From contig JAZKFH010000019.1 of the NCBI GenBank assembly GCA_040386535.1, forward strand, positions 290,186 to 354,185: 64,000 nucleotides of DNA, in the 5' to 3' direction. Shown in pieces: positions 1 to 9,984 of this stretch. Source of the stretch: Myxococcota bacterium (GTDB lineage: Bacteria; Myxococcota_A; UBA796; SXON01). The notes under the pieces were generated by a model, which did no database searches, was not told where the DNA came from, and worked only from the letters and a program-made list of their open reading frames with translations. A program made the translations under genes and the position numbers. The first letter of the stretch is position 1. Every line of letters starts with the position of its first letter.

Positions 1-1263
1 ATCGAGCAGGTAGAGGGGAACGCCCGGCTCCACCTCCTCCCAGCGGAAGCGTGGCGCGAGGGCGGCTCGGAGCGCGGGGAGCGCCGCGGGATCGCGCACG
101 AAGGTGTACAGGCCCGGCGCGATGCCCTCTACGCGGTGCACGAACAATCCGAGGTGCACGGCGGGCGCCCAGGGGAGGGGATCGAAGGGCGGGGCCCCAG
201 GGAGCAGGCGCCGGAGCGTGCGGAGGAAGGCGTCGCGCCCCATCCTCGTGCGGCCGTCCATCTCCACCGCGCTGCGCCGTTGCCGCGCGATCGTGCGCAG
301 GGTCGCCGGGCGATCCGCGAGCCGTTCCCGTCGCAGAGGTGGCGGTGCCCACGACGTGGGGCCGGGCGCGCCGAGCTTGCGGGTGGCGACCTCGACGGCC
401 TCCAGGACCGGCCACTCGTGGTGGTCGGACGAGAGGCGGTTGGCTGTCCCGACCCATGTGAGCGTCGGGAGCGTCGGCACGCGGACGTGTCGCCACTGGG
501 GGAGGGGGAAGGGGTTCTGCGCGGGGTACACGACGAGCAGGCACTCGGGGACCTCGACCTCGGGGCCGGTCGTGCCCGCCGTTCCGAGGAGCTCCGCCAT
601 GGTGCCGTCCGGCACGCTCTCCAGGAGCCGGACGGTCCATCCGAGCCCGCCCGCGGCCAGCGAGAGGGCGGCGATGGCGTGCCCGACGTCGTGTTGGCAG
701 TAGCGGAACGCGCGCTCGCCGTACTTCCACGCCTCGCGCCACACGATGGAGGTGAGCCCGACGAGCACGGCGCCGTGGGGCAGATCGGCGGCGAGGCGAC
801 CCCACGTCTCCGCCGGGAGCGCCGCCCGGCGCTCGAGCCCGTGGAGGAAGGGGTTGTAGTGGTACACGCCGGGCGTCGCGTCGATGTCCGGCACCGGCCC
901 GCAGACGAGGTACGCCCCCGTCGGGTGGAGGTTGCCGCTCGACGGGTTCACCCGGAGCGACCACCGCGTGTCTCCGGCCTCCTTCCAGGCCGACAGGGCG
1001 AGCGCGTCGAAGAACAGGCGGGAGAGGGACTCCCAGTCGAGGGCCGCGGGGGCGGGGAGCGCGGCGTCACAGACCGCGTCGTAGCGGGGGTCGGCCCCCC
1101 CGGGTGCCCGGTCGAGCAGCACCACCTCGGCGCCGGAATAGCGACGGAACGGGTCGGGCTGGCTGTCCCAGTCGAGGTAGGCGAGGGACCGCGCGTAGGC
1201 ATTCGGCGCGTGGCGGGTGCGCTGGTGGTAACCGAGGGCCGTCGCGAGAGCGTCGGTGGACAT
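1..1263 (-). CDS. SagB/ThcOx-family nitroreductase-like dehydrogenase (3' end runs off the window)
   Basis: Not in the ORF track; translated by hand from ATG at 1263: YHQRTRH..RSLAYLDWDSQPDPFRRY, LSAWK..WSLRVNPSSGNLHPT, GVYHY, LTSIVWREAWKYGERAFRYCQHDVGHA, RQRRSAVEMDG; appears open to position 1. Confidence 0.85.
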   Translation of the reverse strand, partial: MSTDALATALGYHQRTRHAPNAYARSLAYLDWDSQPDPFRRYSGAEVVLLDRAPGGADPRYDAVCDAALPAPAALDWESLSRLFFDALALSAWKEAGDTRWSLRVNPSSGNLHPTGAYLVCGPVPDIDATPGVYHYNPFLHGLERRAALPAETWGRLAADLPHGAVLVGLTSIVWREAWKYGERAFRYCQHDVGHAIAALSLAAGGLGWTVRLLESVPDGTMAELLGTAGTTGPEVEVPECLLVVYPAQNPFPLPQWRHVRVPTLPTLTWVGTANRLSSDHHEWPVLEAVEVATRKLGAPGPTSWAPPPLRRERLADRPATLRTIARQRRSAVEMDGRTRMGRDAFLRTLRRLLPGAPPFDPLPWAPAVHLGLFVHRVEGIAPGLYTFVRDPAALPALRAALAPRFRWEEVEPGVPLYLLD

Positions 1264-1335
1264 GCGGCCAGCGCTATCCCGGCCCCGGGGGAGGGCGGGC
1301 GGTGTATCCTTCGTGTGACGAAACGGATCCGACCG

Positions 1336-3324
1336 ATGCTCCTCTTCCTCTCCCTGCTTGCCTGCTCGGGCAAGGAGCCCGTCGCGGACGGGCCGTGCGC
1401 CAGCTGCGACGACTCGAGCGCGCCCGACACGGACACGGATGACACGGACACCGGTGCCGACACCGACGAGACCGACACCGTCGAGACCGACACCGTCGAG
1501 ACCGACACGGACGAGACGGCGGTGGACGACACGGGGGACACCCTCCCGCCGCTCGTGCCCGCCCGCGTCATCCTCTTCATCGGCGACGGCATGGGTTTTC
1601 CGCACGTGAAGGGCGGGGGGATCTATGCCTACGGCGCCGAAGGTTCGCTGGTGATGGAGACGTTGCCGAACCGGGGCCGTCTGCTCACCGCGTCGCTGAC
1701 CGGCGTGACCGACTCGGCCGCGGGGGCGACGGCGCTCTCCGCCGGGATCAAGACCTGGAACAACGTGGTCGCGATGGACTCCGAGCTTGCACCGGTCACG
1801 ACGGTGCTGGAGGAGGCGCGGGCGCGCGGTCTGGCCGTCGGCGTGGTCACCACCGACACGCTCACCGGCGCCACGCCGTCCTCCTTCTACGCCCACACCG
1901 ACAGCCGCGGGAACACGACCGAGATCGTCGATCAACTCGTTGCCGATCCGCCCGACGTGGTCCTCGGCGGAGGGCTCTCCGTGCTTCGGGTGCCGTTCGA
2001 GGTGGCCGACGTCCAGTTCGTCGAGACCCGAACGGCGCTGGAGGCCGCGACGCCCGACGGGCGGCCGTTCATCGGGCTCTTCGCCAACAACACGCTGCCC
2101 TTCGTGAGCGAGGGCTACGTCGACCAGCCCACGCTCGCGGAGATGACGGCCTTTGCCCTCGACGCGCTGGACGACGACCCCGAAGGGTTCTTCCTCGTCG
2201 TGGAGGGCGCCCGCATCGACCACGCCTCCCACTCGAACGACGAAGACTACGTGCACATCGAGACCGCCGCCCTCGACGAGGCCGTGGCCGTGGCCCTTCG
2301 CTGGGCCGAGGAGCTCGACGCCGAGCCCACCATCGTCGTGACGGCGGACCACGAGTGCGGGGGCCTCGACGTGGTCGGGAGCGGGCCGGCGGGCACGATC
2401 CCCGAGAGTGAGTGGCGGTGGGGCGGCCACACCAACGCGGACATCCCGGTGTTCGGCATGGGGGGTCTCACGACGGTGTTCGACGGGCAACGGCTCGACA
2501 ACACCTGGGTCCACTCCGTGCTGCTCGCCGGGGTGCAGGGGGCCGACACGGTGACGGCGCCGGTCGAGAGCCTGCTGGTCGACGGGCGTACCACCGATCT
2601 GGGAGCCAGCGTCACCACCCAGCTGTGGGAGACCACCTTCGGACCCGGCTTCAACCAGCTCGATTCTCTCCGGTTCACCTCGGACACCGACGGGCTCTGG
2701 ATCGGCGTCGACGGCGTGTTCGAGTACGGCGAGAACGCCGTGTTGCTGCTGGTCGACATGGACTACGGCGCCGGCACCGGCTGGGGCGCGGACGGCACCA
2801 CGCTCGAGGACACCGACGGCCGGGTGGACACGCTCATCACCAGCATGCCCTACACGTCCGGCCTCCCCGGCCTCGGCTTCGACCTCGTGTTCGTCGGCGT
2901 CGGCGCGGAGGAGCTCGGTTTGGGCGATCTGTCCGAGGTCGCGGGCCTCCGCGGGCTGCACGGCGCGTGGGGGAGCGCCGAGGACTACTGGTGGCTCTAC
3001 GGGAGCAGCAACTTCGACGACGGCAACATCGCGAACGGCGCCCCCGCGCTCGACGCCGCCCCGGTGGGGACCACGATCGGCGGGTGGGAGGTGCACCTGC
3101 CCTGGTTCACCATCTTCCCGGACGGCCTCCCCGCGGAGGGGATGACGGTGGCCGTGGTGGCCGTGCTGCTCAACGCGGACGGCTCCGTCGCGAGCAACCA
3201 GGCGCTCCCCCCGTACCCGACCGGAACTCAACCGGGTGACGCCACGGTGTTGTTGGAGTCGGTCGTCCGAATCGACCTCGACGGCTCGGGTGTACCGCTC
3301 GGACCCGCGACCCTGGCGCCGTAG
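1336..3324 (+). CDS. Alkaline phosphatase (PhoA-type) lipoprotein with D/T-rich linker and extra C-terminal domain
   Basis: [10 protein letters not shown] lipobox; motifs FIGDGMG, TDSAA (Ser nucleophile), [31 protein letters not shown]. Start reassigned from 136 because that extension overlaps the SagB gene. Confidence 0.88.
   Translation: MLLFLSLLACSGKEPVADGPCASCDDSSAPDTDTDDTDTGADTDETDTVETDTVETDTDETAVDDTGDTLPPLVPARVILFIGDGMGFPHVKGGGIYAYGAEGSLVMETLPNRGRLLTASLTGVTDSAAGATALSAGIKTWNNVVAMDSELAPVTTVLEEARARGLAVGVVTTDTLTGATPSSFYAHTDSRGNTTEIVDQLVADPPDVVLGGGLSVLRVPFEVADVQFVETRTALEAATPDGRPFIGLFANNTLPFVSEGYVDQPTLAEMTAFALDALDDDPEGFFLVVEGARIDHASHSNDEDYVHIETAALDEAVAVALRWAEELDAEPTIVVTADHECGGLDVVGSGPAGTIPESEWRWGGHTNADIPVFGMGGLTTVFDGQRLDNTWVHSVLLAGVQGADTVTAPVESLLVDGRTTDLGASVTTQLWETTFGPGFNQLDSLRFTSDTDGLWIGVDGVFEYGENAVLLLVDMDYGAGTGWGADGTTLEDTDGRVDTLITSMPYTSGLPGLGFDLVFVGVGAEELGLGDLSEVAGLRGLHGAWGSAEDYWWLYGSSNFDDGNIANGAPALDAAPVGTTIGGWEVHLPWFTIFPDGLPAEGMTVAVVAVLLNADGSVASNQALPPYPTGTQPGDATVLLESVVRIDLDGSGVPLGPATLAP
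1471..1508 (+). repeat. 15-bp coding tandem repeat (ACCGACACCGTCGAG x2 plus partial) in the acidic D/T linker
   Basis: Seen directly; encodes [13 protein letters not shown]. Confidence 0.7.
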
Positions 3325-3430
3325 GAGGCCTGCCCCGGTCGTCGCCGCGCGGTGGTGTCTCCCGAGCCGCGTCGGTATTGCCGCGCCGCCACGGACGTGT
3401 GACGCTCGGCACCTCCGAGGAAGTGCTCGC

Positions 3431-4375
3431 ATGTATCTGGAGCTCCGGGTGTTCCATGGGAACGCCCACCCCAAGCTGACCTTCGACATCTGCGAAGCGC
3501 TCGGGGAGGTCCCCGGCAGCGCCCGCGTCGGTCGCTTCTCCGACGGCGAGGTGCAGGTCGAGATCGACGACAACGTACGGGGGAGGGACGTGTTCATCGT
3601 TCAGCCCACGTCGTCACCGGCCAACGATCACCTGATGGAGCTCCTGATCATGGCGGACGCGTGCAAGCGCGCCTCCGCCGGTCGGATCACCGCGGTAATC
3701 CCGTACTACGGGTACTCCCGCCAGGACCGCAAGGCGGCGCCGCGCGCCCCCATCACGGCGAAGCTCGTCGCCGACCTGCTGACCTCGGCGGGGATCGCCA
3801 GGGTCCTCACGATGGATCTCCACGCGGGCCAGATCCAGGGCTTCTTCGACATCCCGGTTGACAACCTGTACGCCGGGCCCACTCTCCGCGCGTACATCGC
3901 CGCGGCCCTCCCCACCGAGAACGCAGTGATCGTCTCGCCGGACGCCGGCGGCGTGGAGCGCGCCCGTTCGTACGCGAAGCCGCTCGGGTGTGGCCTCGCG
4001 ATCATCGACAAGCGTCGCAGCGGCCCGAACCAGGCCGAGGCGATGAACCTCATCGGTGACGTGCGCGGCAAGGACGCCATCATCATCGACGACATGATCG
4101 ACACCGCCGGCACCCTCGTGAAGGCCGCCGCTGCGCTCCGGGAGAACGGCGCGAACCGGATCTTCGCCGTCGCGAGCCATGCGGTGTTGTCCGGCCCCGC
4201 GATCGAGCGCATCGAGAACAGCGAGATCGAGAAGGTGATCGTCACCGACACGATTCCCCTGCGCGAGGAGGCCCGGGCCAGCCGCAAGATCGGGGTGGTC
4301 TCGGTGGCCGCCGTCTTTGCCGAGGCGATCAGCTCGATACACTCCCACGATTCGGTCACCCGGCTGTTCCGATAG
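3431..4375 (+). CDS. prs: Ribose-phosphate pyrophosphokinase
   Basis: [62 protein letters not shown]. Confidence 0.97.
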   Translation: MYLELRVFHGNAHPKLTFDICEALGEVPGSARVGRFSDGEVQVEIDDNVRGRDVFIVQPTSSPANDHLMELLIMADACKRASAGRITAVIPYYGYSRQDRKAAPRAPITAKLVADLLTSAGIARVLTMDLHAGQIQGFFDIPVDNLYAGPTLRAYIAAALPTENAVIVSPDAGGVERARSYAKPLGCGLAIIDKRRSGPNQAEAMNLIGDVRGKDAIIIDDMIDTAGTLVKAAAALRENGANRIFAVASHAVLSGPAIERIENSEIEKVIVTDTIPLREEARASRKIGVVSVAAVFAEAISSIHSHDSVTRLFR

Positions 4376-4402
4376 GCCGCGCCGGATTGGCTCCCACAGC
4401 TC

Positions 4403-4431
4403 TTGACGCCGCCGCCCCTCTCGGCTAAGAG
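4403..4431 (+). promoter_or_regulatory. Putative sigma70 promoter upstream of rplY
   Basis: TTGACG (4403-4408), 17-nt spacer, TAAGAG (4426-4431). Confidence 0.5.
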
Positions 4432-4596
4432 GCGGCCGCTCCGGCTAAGTGTACGCTTCGCCGGTCCGCGCACCGGTTCCCCTCGGGGAGCCCTACGTCC
4501 ACGGTGCGAACATCCCTCTCGGGGTGTGGTCCGGCTCTGCCGGGGCGATGGACGTCCTGGCCCCACCCCCCCGGACTGCTCGTCCTGGAGAAAATG

Positions 4597-5214
4597 ATGG
4601 AAAACCTCATCCTCAACGCCACGCCGCGCGGCGACACCGGCAAGGGCGTCGCGCGCAAGGCGCGCTCCGCAGGCCGCACCCCCGGGGTCGTCTACCGGGC
4701 CGGTGGCACCGCCACTCCCGTCAGCTTCGACGTGACGGCGCTCGCGACCATCTTCCGCAAGACGGCGGACCCCAACACGCTCATCTCCGTCCAGGTCGAG
4801 GGCTCCGAAGCCCGCCCGTGCCTGGTGCGTGAAGTGCAGCGCAACCCGGTCTCCCGCAACGTGCTCCACGTCGACTTCTACGAAGTGGACGAGGACTACG
4901 TGGTCACGGTCGAGGTGTCGCTCACGGCGGTCGGTCGCGCCGCGGGCACCCGCGCCGGTGGCACCATGCGCCAGCTCATCCGCTCGGTCACCGTGTTGAC
5001 GGCCGCGGGCAACATCCCGAAGACCATCGAGATGGACGTGACGCCGCTCGAGAACGGCTCGTTCCTCAAGGTCTCCGAGATCCCGCTCCCCCCGGGCGTC
5101 AAGATCCTCTACACGCGCGACTTCAATGTCGTCGCGGTCGAGGGCAAGCGCGTGTCGAAGGAAGAGGCAGCTGCCGCCGCCGCTCCCGCCGCTCCCGCCA
5201 AGGGCAAGAAGTAG
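4597..5214 (+). CDS. rplY: 50S ribosomal protein L25/Ctc
   Basis: GKGVARKARSAGRTPGVVY, REVQRNPVSRNVLHVDFY, two-domain Ctc form; GGAG SD upstream. Confidence 0.95.
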   Translation: MENLILNATPRGDTGKGVARKARSAGRTPGVVYRAGGTATPVSFDVTALATIFRKTADPNTLISVQVEGSEARPCLVREVQRNPVSRNVLHVDFYEVDEDYVVTVEVSLTAVGRAAGTRAGGTMRQLIRSVTVLTAAGNIPKTIEMDVTPLENGSFLKVSEIPLPPGVKILYTRDFNVVAVEGKRVSKEEAAAAAAPAAPAKGKK

Positions 5215-5217
5215 CTG

Positions 5218-5787
5218 ATGCACCTCGTGGTCGGCCTGGGAAACCCCGGCGCGCGCTACGCACGGACCCGACACAACGTCGGATTCCTCGCGGTCGAGCG
5301 CGTCGCGTCCCGAGCCGGTGCAACCGTGGAGAAAAACCTCTACGGCGCACTGGTGGGAGATGGGGCCCTGGCCGGAACGAAGGTGATGTTCGCGCTGCCG
5401 CAGCAGTTCATGAACCTCTCGGGCCAACCGATCGCGTCGATCCTCGGGTTCTACAAGATCCCGCCGAAAGACATGATCGTCGTCCACGACGACATGGATC
5501 TCCCTTTCGGCCGACTCCGCGTTCGCGTGGGGGGAGGCCACGGGGGGCACAACGGCATCCGTGACATGCATCGGCTCGTCGGGACCGAGTTCACGCGCGT
5601 GCGCGTGGGGGTCGGCCGCCCGCCCGAGCAGATGGACCCCGCCGACTGGGTGCTCGCCACCTGGTCATCCGCGGAGAGCGCCGCGCTTTCCCCGATTTTG
5701 GACACCGCCGCAGACGCCGTAGAAAGTGTCGTGCGCGTGGGCGTCACCCAGACAATGAACCTGTTCAACGCGGCTTCGTCCGCGTGA
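5218..5787 (+). CDS. pth: Peptidyl-tRNA hydrolase
   Basis: LVVGLGNPG, TRHNVGF, FMNLSG, HDDMDLPFG, GGHNGIRD. Confidence 0.97.
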   Translation: MHLVVGLGNPGARYARTRHNVGFLAVERVASRAGATVEKNLYGALVGDGALAGTKVMFALPQQFMNLSGQPIASILGFYKIPPKDMIVVHDDMDLPFGRLRVRVGGGHGGHNGIRDMHRLVGTEFTRVRVGVGRPPEQMDPADWVLATWSSAESAALSPILDTAADAVESVVRVGVTQTMNLFNAASSA

Positions 5788-5844
5788 TCCTCCGCGGGAG
5801 CGGCATCGGCCTGCTCCCCCCCACATCGCCCAAGTGGAGGCACC

Positions 5845-6294
5845 TTGATCCTCAACGAATACGAGACCATCTACATCGCCCGCCCCGACCTCACCGAAGA
5901 CGTGATGACCAAGATCACGACCCGCTTCGAGGCGGTCATCACCGGCAACGCCGGCGTCATCCTCGTCAGCGAGGACTGGGGCAAGCGCAAGCTCGCGTAC
6001 ATCATCAGCAAGCACCAGCGCGGCCACTACATCTACCTGAACTACGTCGCGCCCGCGGTGTTGGTCGCCGAGGTCGAGCGTACCCTCGGCCTCGAGGACC
6101 AGCTCCTCCGGTTCCTCACCATCAAGCTCGAGGACAACGTCGAGATCGAGGCCCGTCGCGCCCTCGCCGAGGAGCGCAAGCGCCTCCGGATCGAGCGGAT
6201 GGCCGCGCTCAAGGCGGAAGAGGAAGCCGAGGCTCGTTACCGCGCCGAAGCCGAAGAAGCCGAAGACGAACTCGCCGTCGAAGCCGACGACTAA
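5845..6294 (+). CDS. rpsF: 30S ribosomal protein S6 with long charged C-terminal extension
   Basis: YETIYIARPDL, EDWGKRKLAYII, LLRFLTIK; TTG start after GGAGG. Confidence 0.95.
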   Translation: MILNEYETIYIARPDLTEDVMTKITTRFEAVITGNAGVILVSEDWGKRKLAYIISKHQRGHYIYLNYVAPAVLVAEVERTLGLEDQLLRFLTIKLEDNVEIEARRALAEERKRLRIERMAALKAEEEAEARYRAEAEEAEDELAVEADD

Positions 6295-6318
6295 CCACCA
6301 GCCGATATCGGAGATCCC

Positions 6319-6762
6319 ATGAAGGTCATTCTTCAGGAAGAAGTCGCGAATCTCGGCACCACCGGTGAGGTGGTCGAGGTTGCCGACGGCTACGGCCGCA
6401 ACTACCTGTTGCCCCGCAGCCTCGCCGTCCTCGCGGACGAGCGCAACACCCGCCGCCTGGATCACCAGCGGCGCATCGCTGCCGCCCGGCAGACCAAGGT
6501 CCTCGCGGCCGCCAAGGAGCTTGCCGCCAAGATCTCTGGCACCGCCGTGTCGATCAAGCGCCAGGCGGGCGCCGAAGACAAGATCTTCGGCTCGGTCACC
6601 AACCAGGACGTGCAGGAGGCCCTCGCGGCCCAGGGCGTCGACGTTGACCGTCGCAACATCTTGCTCGCCGAGCCGATCCGCAACATCGGCGTCTTCCAGG
6701 TGCCCGTCAAGGTGCACCGCGACGTCGAGGCGAGCGTCAAGGTGTACGTCATCCGCGGCTGA
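6319..6762 (+). CDS. rplI: 50S ribosomal protein L9
   Basis: MKVILQEEVANLG..GEVVEVADGYGRNYLLP, KIFGSVT. Confidence 0.97.
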   Translation: MKVILQEEVANLGTTGEVVEVADGYGRNYLLPRSLAVLADERNTRRLDHQRRIAAARQTKVLAAAKELAAKISGTAVSIKRQAGAEDKIFGSVTNQDVQEALAAQGVDVDRRNILLAEPIRNIGVFQVPVKVHRDVEASVKVYVIRG

Positions 6763-8171
6763 TGAAAGGTTTCCCCCGCGATCGTGACGACGAGGGCCGG
6801 CGTCAACCCGACGCCGCCTCGTCGCGTGGCCTCCCCCACAACTGGGAGACCGAACGATCGTTGCTGGGGGGCCTCCTCCTGGACGCGAGCCAACTGCTCG
6901 AGGTCCGGGAGTTCCTCAAGCCGGACGATTTCCATCGTCCGGCGCACCAACACCTGTTCGAGCTCATCTGTGGGCTCTCGGACGGGGGGGTGCTGCCCGA
7001 TCCCACCACGGTGCTCGACGACATCGAGCGCCGCGGTGACGCGGAGCGAGTCGGTGGTATCGCCTACGTGGTGGCGTTGCCGCAGGCGTGCGCCAGCGTA
7101 GACAACCTCACGACCTACGCGAAGCGGGTCCAGGAGTACGCGGTCCGCCGCAAGCTTCTCCTCGCTGCGCGCGCGATCGAAGAGGACATCCAGGAGGGGG
7201 TCAAGGACCTTCCCGCGCTGATGGACAGCGCCGAGAAGGCGATCTTCGAGATCTCGAACCTCGGCGGCTCGCGCGACTGGCACGCGCTCTCCCAGGTCAT
7301 CGACGAGCAGATCCTCGAGATTCAGCGGCGCGCCGACAATCCCGGGGACGTGACGGGTGTCCCCACCGGATTCATCGATCTGGACCGCAAGCTCGCCGGC
7401 CTCCAGAAGACCGACCTCATCATCCTCGCGGCCCGCCCCGCCATGGGGAAGACCGCGTTCGTGCTGAACCTCGCGCTGAACGCGGCGCTGAAGGGCGGCG
7501 TGGCCGTCGGGATGTTCTCGCTGGAGATGTCGCGCCACCAGCTGGCCACGCGCCTCCTGTGCTCGCACGCGCGGGTGGACGCGAGCAATGTCCGCACCGG
7601 TACGCTCGATCCGAACGGCGACTGGCGGAAGCTCATCGAGGCCTCCGAGGAGCTGCACCGGCTCCCGATCCTCATCGACGACACGCCGGGCCTGACGATC
7701 ACGCAGCTCCGGAGCAAGGCCCGTAGGTTGAAGGCGGAGTATCCGAACCTCGGCCTCCTCATCATCGACTACATCCAGCTGATGCAGGGCACGGGCGGCG
7801 CGAAAGAATCGCGCGAGAACGTGATCAGCAACATCTCGCGCGGCTTGAAGATCCTTGCCAAGGAGCTGGACATCCCCGTCATCGGGCTTTCCCAGCTCAA
7901 TCGCTCGTTGGAGAGCCGCACGGACAAGCGGCCGATGCCGAGCGATCTGCGCGAATCGGGCGCGATCGAGCAGGACGCGGACATCATCCTCTTCATCTAC
8001 CGCGACGAGGTCTACAACAAAGACGCCAGCGCGAAGAAGGGGATTGCCGAGATCATCATCGCGAAGCAACGAAGCGGTCCCATCGGTACCGTCGAGCTCG
8101 CGTTCTTGGACAAGTACATCCTGTTCCAGAACCTCGCGGGTCCCGGCGAGGCCCCGAACGGTTACTTCTGA
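6762..8171 (+). CDS. dnaB: Replicative DNA helicase
   Basis: LAARPAMGKT, FSLEMS, IIDYIQLM, LSQLNR, SDLRESGAIEQDAD, AKQRSGP. Confidence 0.98.
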   Translation: MKGFPRDRDDEGRRQPDAASSRGLPHNWETERSLLGGLLLDASQLLEVREFLKPDDFHRPAHQHLFELICGLSDGGVLPDPTTVLDDIERRGDAERVGGIAYVVALPQACASVDNLTTYAKRVQEYAVRRKLLLAARAIEEDIQEGVKDLPALMDSAEKAIFEISNLGGSRDWHALSQVIDEQILEIQRRADNPGDVTGVPTGFIDLDRKLAGLQKTDLIILAARPAMGKTAFVLNLALNAALKGGVAVGMFSLEMSRHQLATRLLCSHARVDASNVRTGTLDPNGDWRKLIEASEELHRLPILIDDTPGLTITQLRSKARRLKAEYPNLGLLIIDYIQLMQGTGGAKESRENVISNISRGLKILAKELDIPVIGLSQLNRSLESRTDKRPMPSDLRESGAIEQDADIILFIYRDEVYNKDASAKKGIAEIIIAKQRSGPIGTVELAFLDKYILFQNLAGPGEAPNGYF

Positions 8172-8224
8172 CGGGGCGGCCCGGGCCGTCCCCCGCGGAA
8201 CATCGGGTGCGTCCCGAGCTGGGG

Positions 8225-8253
8225 TTGACTCCAGTGGCCGCGTCTACTATCAA
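8225..8253 (+). promoter_or_regulatory. Possible sigma70 promoter for the FHA gene
   Basis: TTGACT (8225-8230), 17-nt spacer, TATCAA (8248-8253). Confidence 0.35.
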
Positions 8254-8321
8254 CGCGGTTCCATCATCACTGGCGCAATCGGACGCCTCACGCCGCCTAC
8301 CCCTTCAGGAGCCCGTTGGAC

Positions 8322-9602
8322 ATGGAGAAGAAGGTACTCCTCGATACGCTCACCGCGCACGTCGCGCGGTATGAGCAGCACCGCCACTACATCGAGAAGG
8401 CGCGCGCGCAGGCCGCCACGGGCAAGTTCAACACCGCGGTGATCGAGCGCGTTGTGCTCGATCACGAGATCAAGTCGTCGGACGTTGCCGATCAGGTCCA
8501 GCCGCTGCTGCCGCGCCTGCTCGAGCTCGTCAGCGCGCTCGAAGCCGACAAGGCTCGCATCGAGGCGTCGCGAGGCGGCGTCGACGAGCAGATCCAGGAG
8601 CTCGAGCTCCGCGCAGCCATCGGCGAGATGGACGAGGCCGACTTCGAGAAGGAGGTCGGTGACCTCCGAGCCAACCAGGCGGGCGCCAACGAGCGCATCG
8701 CGGCCATCGAGTCGGACCGCGGCGATCTCCAGGGCGCGCTCGACCGTTGGAGCGCCACCGCCGGCCCCGCCGGTCACTACGTCGCCGCTTCCGCGGCCGT
8801 CGCGCCGATCGAGCTCACGTCCGCCCACATCCTGCCCCCCCACACGGCGGACACCGAGGTCGAGGTCGATTCGGAGCCCAGCGTCGAGGCGGTCGTCGAG
8901 TCCGACTCCGACAATGAGGCCGAGGCCGACTTCGAGCCGGCCGTGATCGACGAGGTCTCGGTCGACGTGGATGTGAGCACCGCCGCCGTCGAGGACGATG
9001 CGCACTACGCGCCGCGCACCGAGAGCCGCGAGGACCTCTCCGTGTTGTTCCCGAGCGGGAACGGCGAGGCCGTCGCGCACGTCCGCGTCGCGTCGGTGGA
9101 AGAGGACATCGCCATCGAGACCTCCGAGGTCGGCGAGGACGACGGTGACGCGCCGAGCGCGGACGTGCCGTTCGGCTTCGAAGACGAGATCCTCGGGGGT
9201 GACGTGGTCGTGGGCGCGGGTGAAGTCGAGATCGACCTCGCCGGCGAGGGCAGCGGCCCGTCCCTGTCCGCGCCCGCCCCTTCGAGCGACGCGGGGGACG
9301 CTCCCCGCCGCGCCCTGCTCCTCTACCAGGAGGGCACCGCGGAGGAGCAGATCTACCCGTTCACGGGGGACAACCTCACGATCGGCCGCGGTCGCGAGAA
9401 CGACATCCAGATCAAGAACGACTCGAAGGTCTCGCGGTACCACTGCAAGCTCTTCCGTCGTGGCAACAACTTCTACATCGAGGACCAGAAGTCCTCGAAC
9501 GGAAGCCTCGTCAACGGCGAGCTGATCACCGACCGTCGCCTCTTCGGCGGCGAGGAGATCATCATCGGCGAGACGTTCTTCCGGTTCCGCATCATGGAAT
9601 GA
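8322..9602 (+). CDS. Coiled-coil / acidic linker / C-terminal FHA domain protein
   Basis: FHA motifs TIGRGRENDI, VSRYHC, IEDQKSSNGSLVNG; helical N-terminus; alternative TTG start at 8316. Confidence 0.85.
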   Translation: MEKKVLLDTLTAHVARYEQHRHYIEKARAQAATGKFNTAVIERVVLDHEIKSSDVADQVQPLLPRLLELVSALEADKARIEASRGGVDEQIQELELRAAIGEMDEADFEKEVGDLRANQAGANERIAAIESDRGDLQGALDRWSATAGPAGHYVAASAAVAPIELTSAHILPPHTADTEVEVDSEPSVEAVVESDSDNEAEADFEPAVIDEVSVDVDVSTAAVEDDAHYAPRTESREDLSVLFPSGNGEAVAHVRVASVEEDIAIETSEVGEDDGDAPSADVPFGFEDEILGGDVVVGAGEVEIDLAGEGSGPSLSAPAPSSDAGDAPRRALLLYQEGTAEEQIYPFTGDNLTIGRGRENDIQIKNDSKVSRYHCKLFRRGNNFYIEDQKSSNGSLVNGELITDRRLFGGEEIIIGETFFRFRIME

Positions 9603-9644
9603 CGCCCAAGCGCGTCGGCGACGACGCGTAGAGCGTTCCGTGTG

Positions 9645-9686
9645 GAGAGGCGATCGGCGGTAGTGCCGGTCGCCTCTCTCCGTTTT
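9645..9686 (+). terminator. Rho-independent terminator
   Basis: 14-bp stem GAGAGGCGATCGGC / GCCGGTCGCCTCTC, 6-nt loop, then TCCGTTTT. Confidence 0.75.
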
Positions 9687-9984
9687 GGGCATGTGTCGTC
9701 CGGGAGGGCAGCGCGCTTGCGATCTCTGGTAGGATCGGGAACCAGGCGGAGGCAGGCTGCGAGTGACGCGCGCGCATCCAAACCAGGGCTCGCGGGTAGA
9801 GTCGGAAGGGCGCGTTCGCTCGAGGGGCCGGTGAGCAATTATTCCGCTGGAAGCCTCTTTCCACGCTGCGCGCCGGCGTAGCCCGGAGTTAGGGGTGCGC
9901 GCTCTCGCTCACAGGGGGCGGAGCATTGGTATTTGGAACGGGAGAACCGGGTGAAACCGCTGCTTGACAATACGGAGGTCCCAC

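Noticed and set aside
1..1263. SagB-type gene as a sign of a RiPP (azole) cluster; HPTG instead of HPTE
   Set aside because: No YcaO or precursor peptide in view, the long stand-alone form is common, and one substitution in a truncated gene is not interpretable
136..1335. N-terminal 400 aa of the 1062-aa ORF
   Set aside because: Antisense shadow of the SagB-type gene; the real phosphatase starts at the lipoprotein signal at 1336
3325..3430. tRNA-Gln often found upstream of prs
   Set aside because: No cloverleaf or TTCGA T-loop visible
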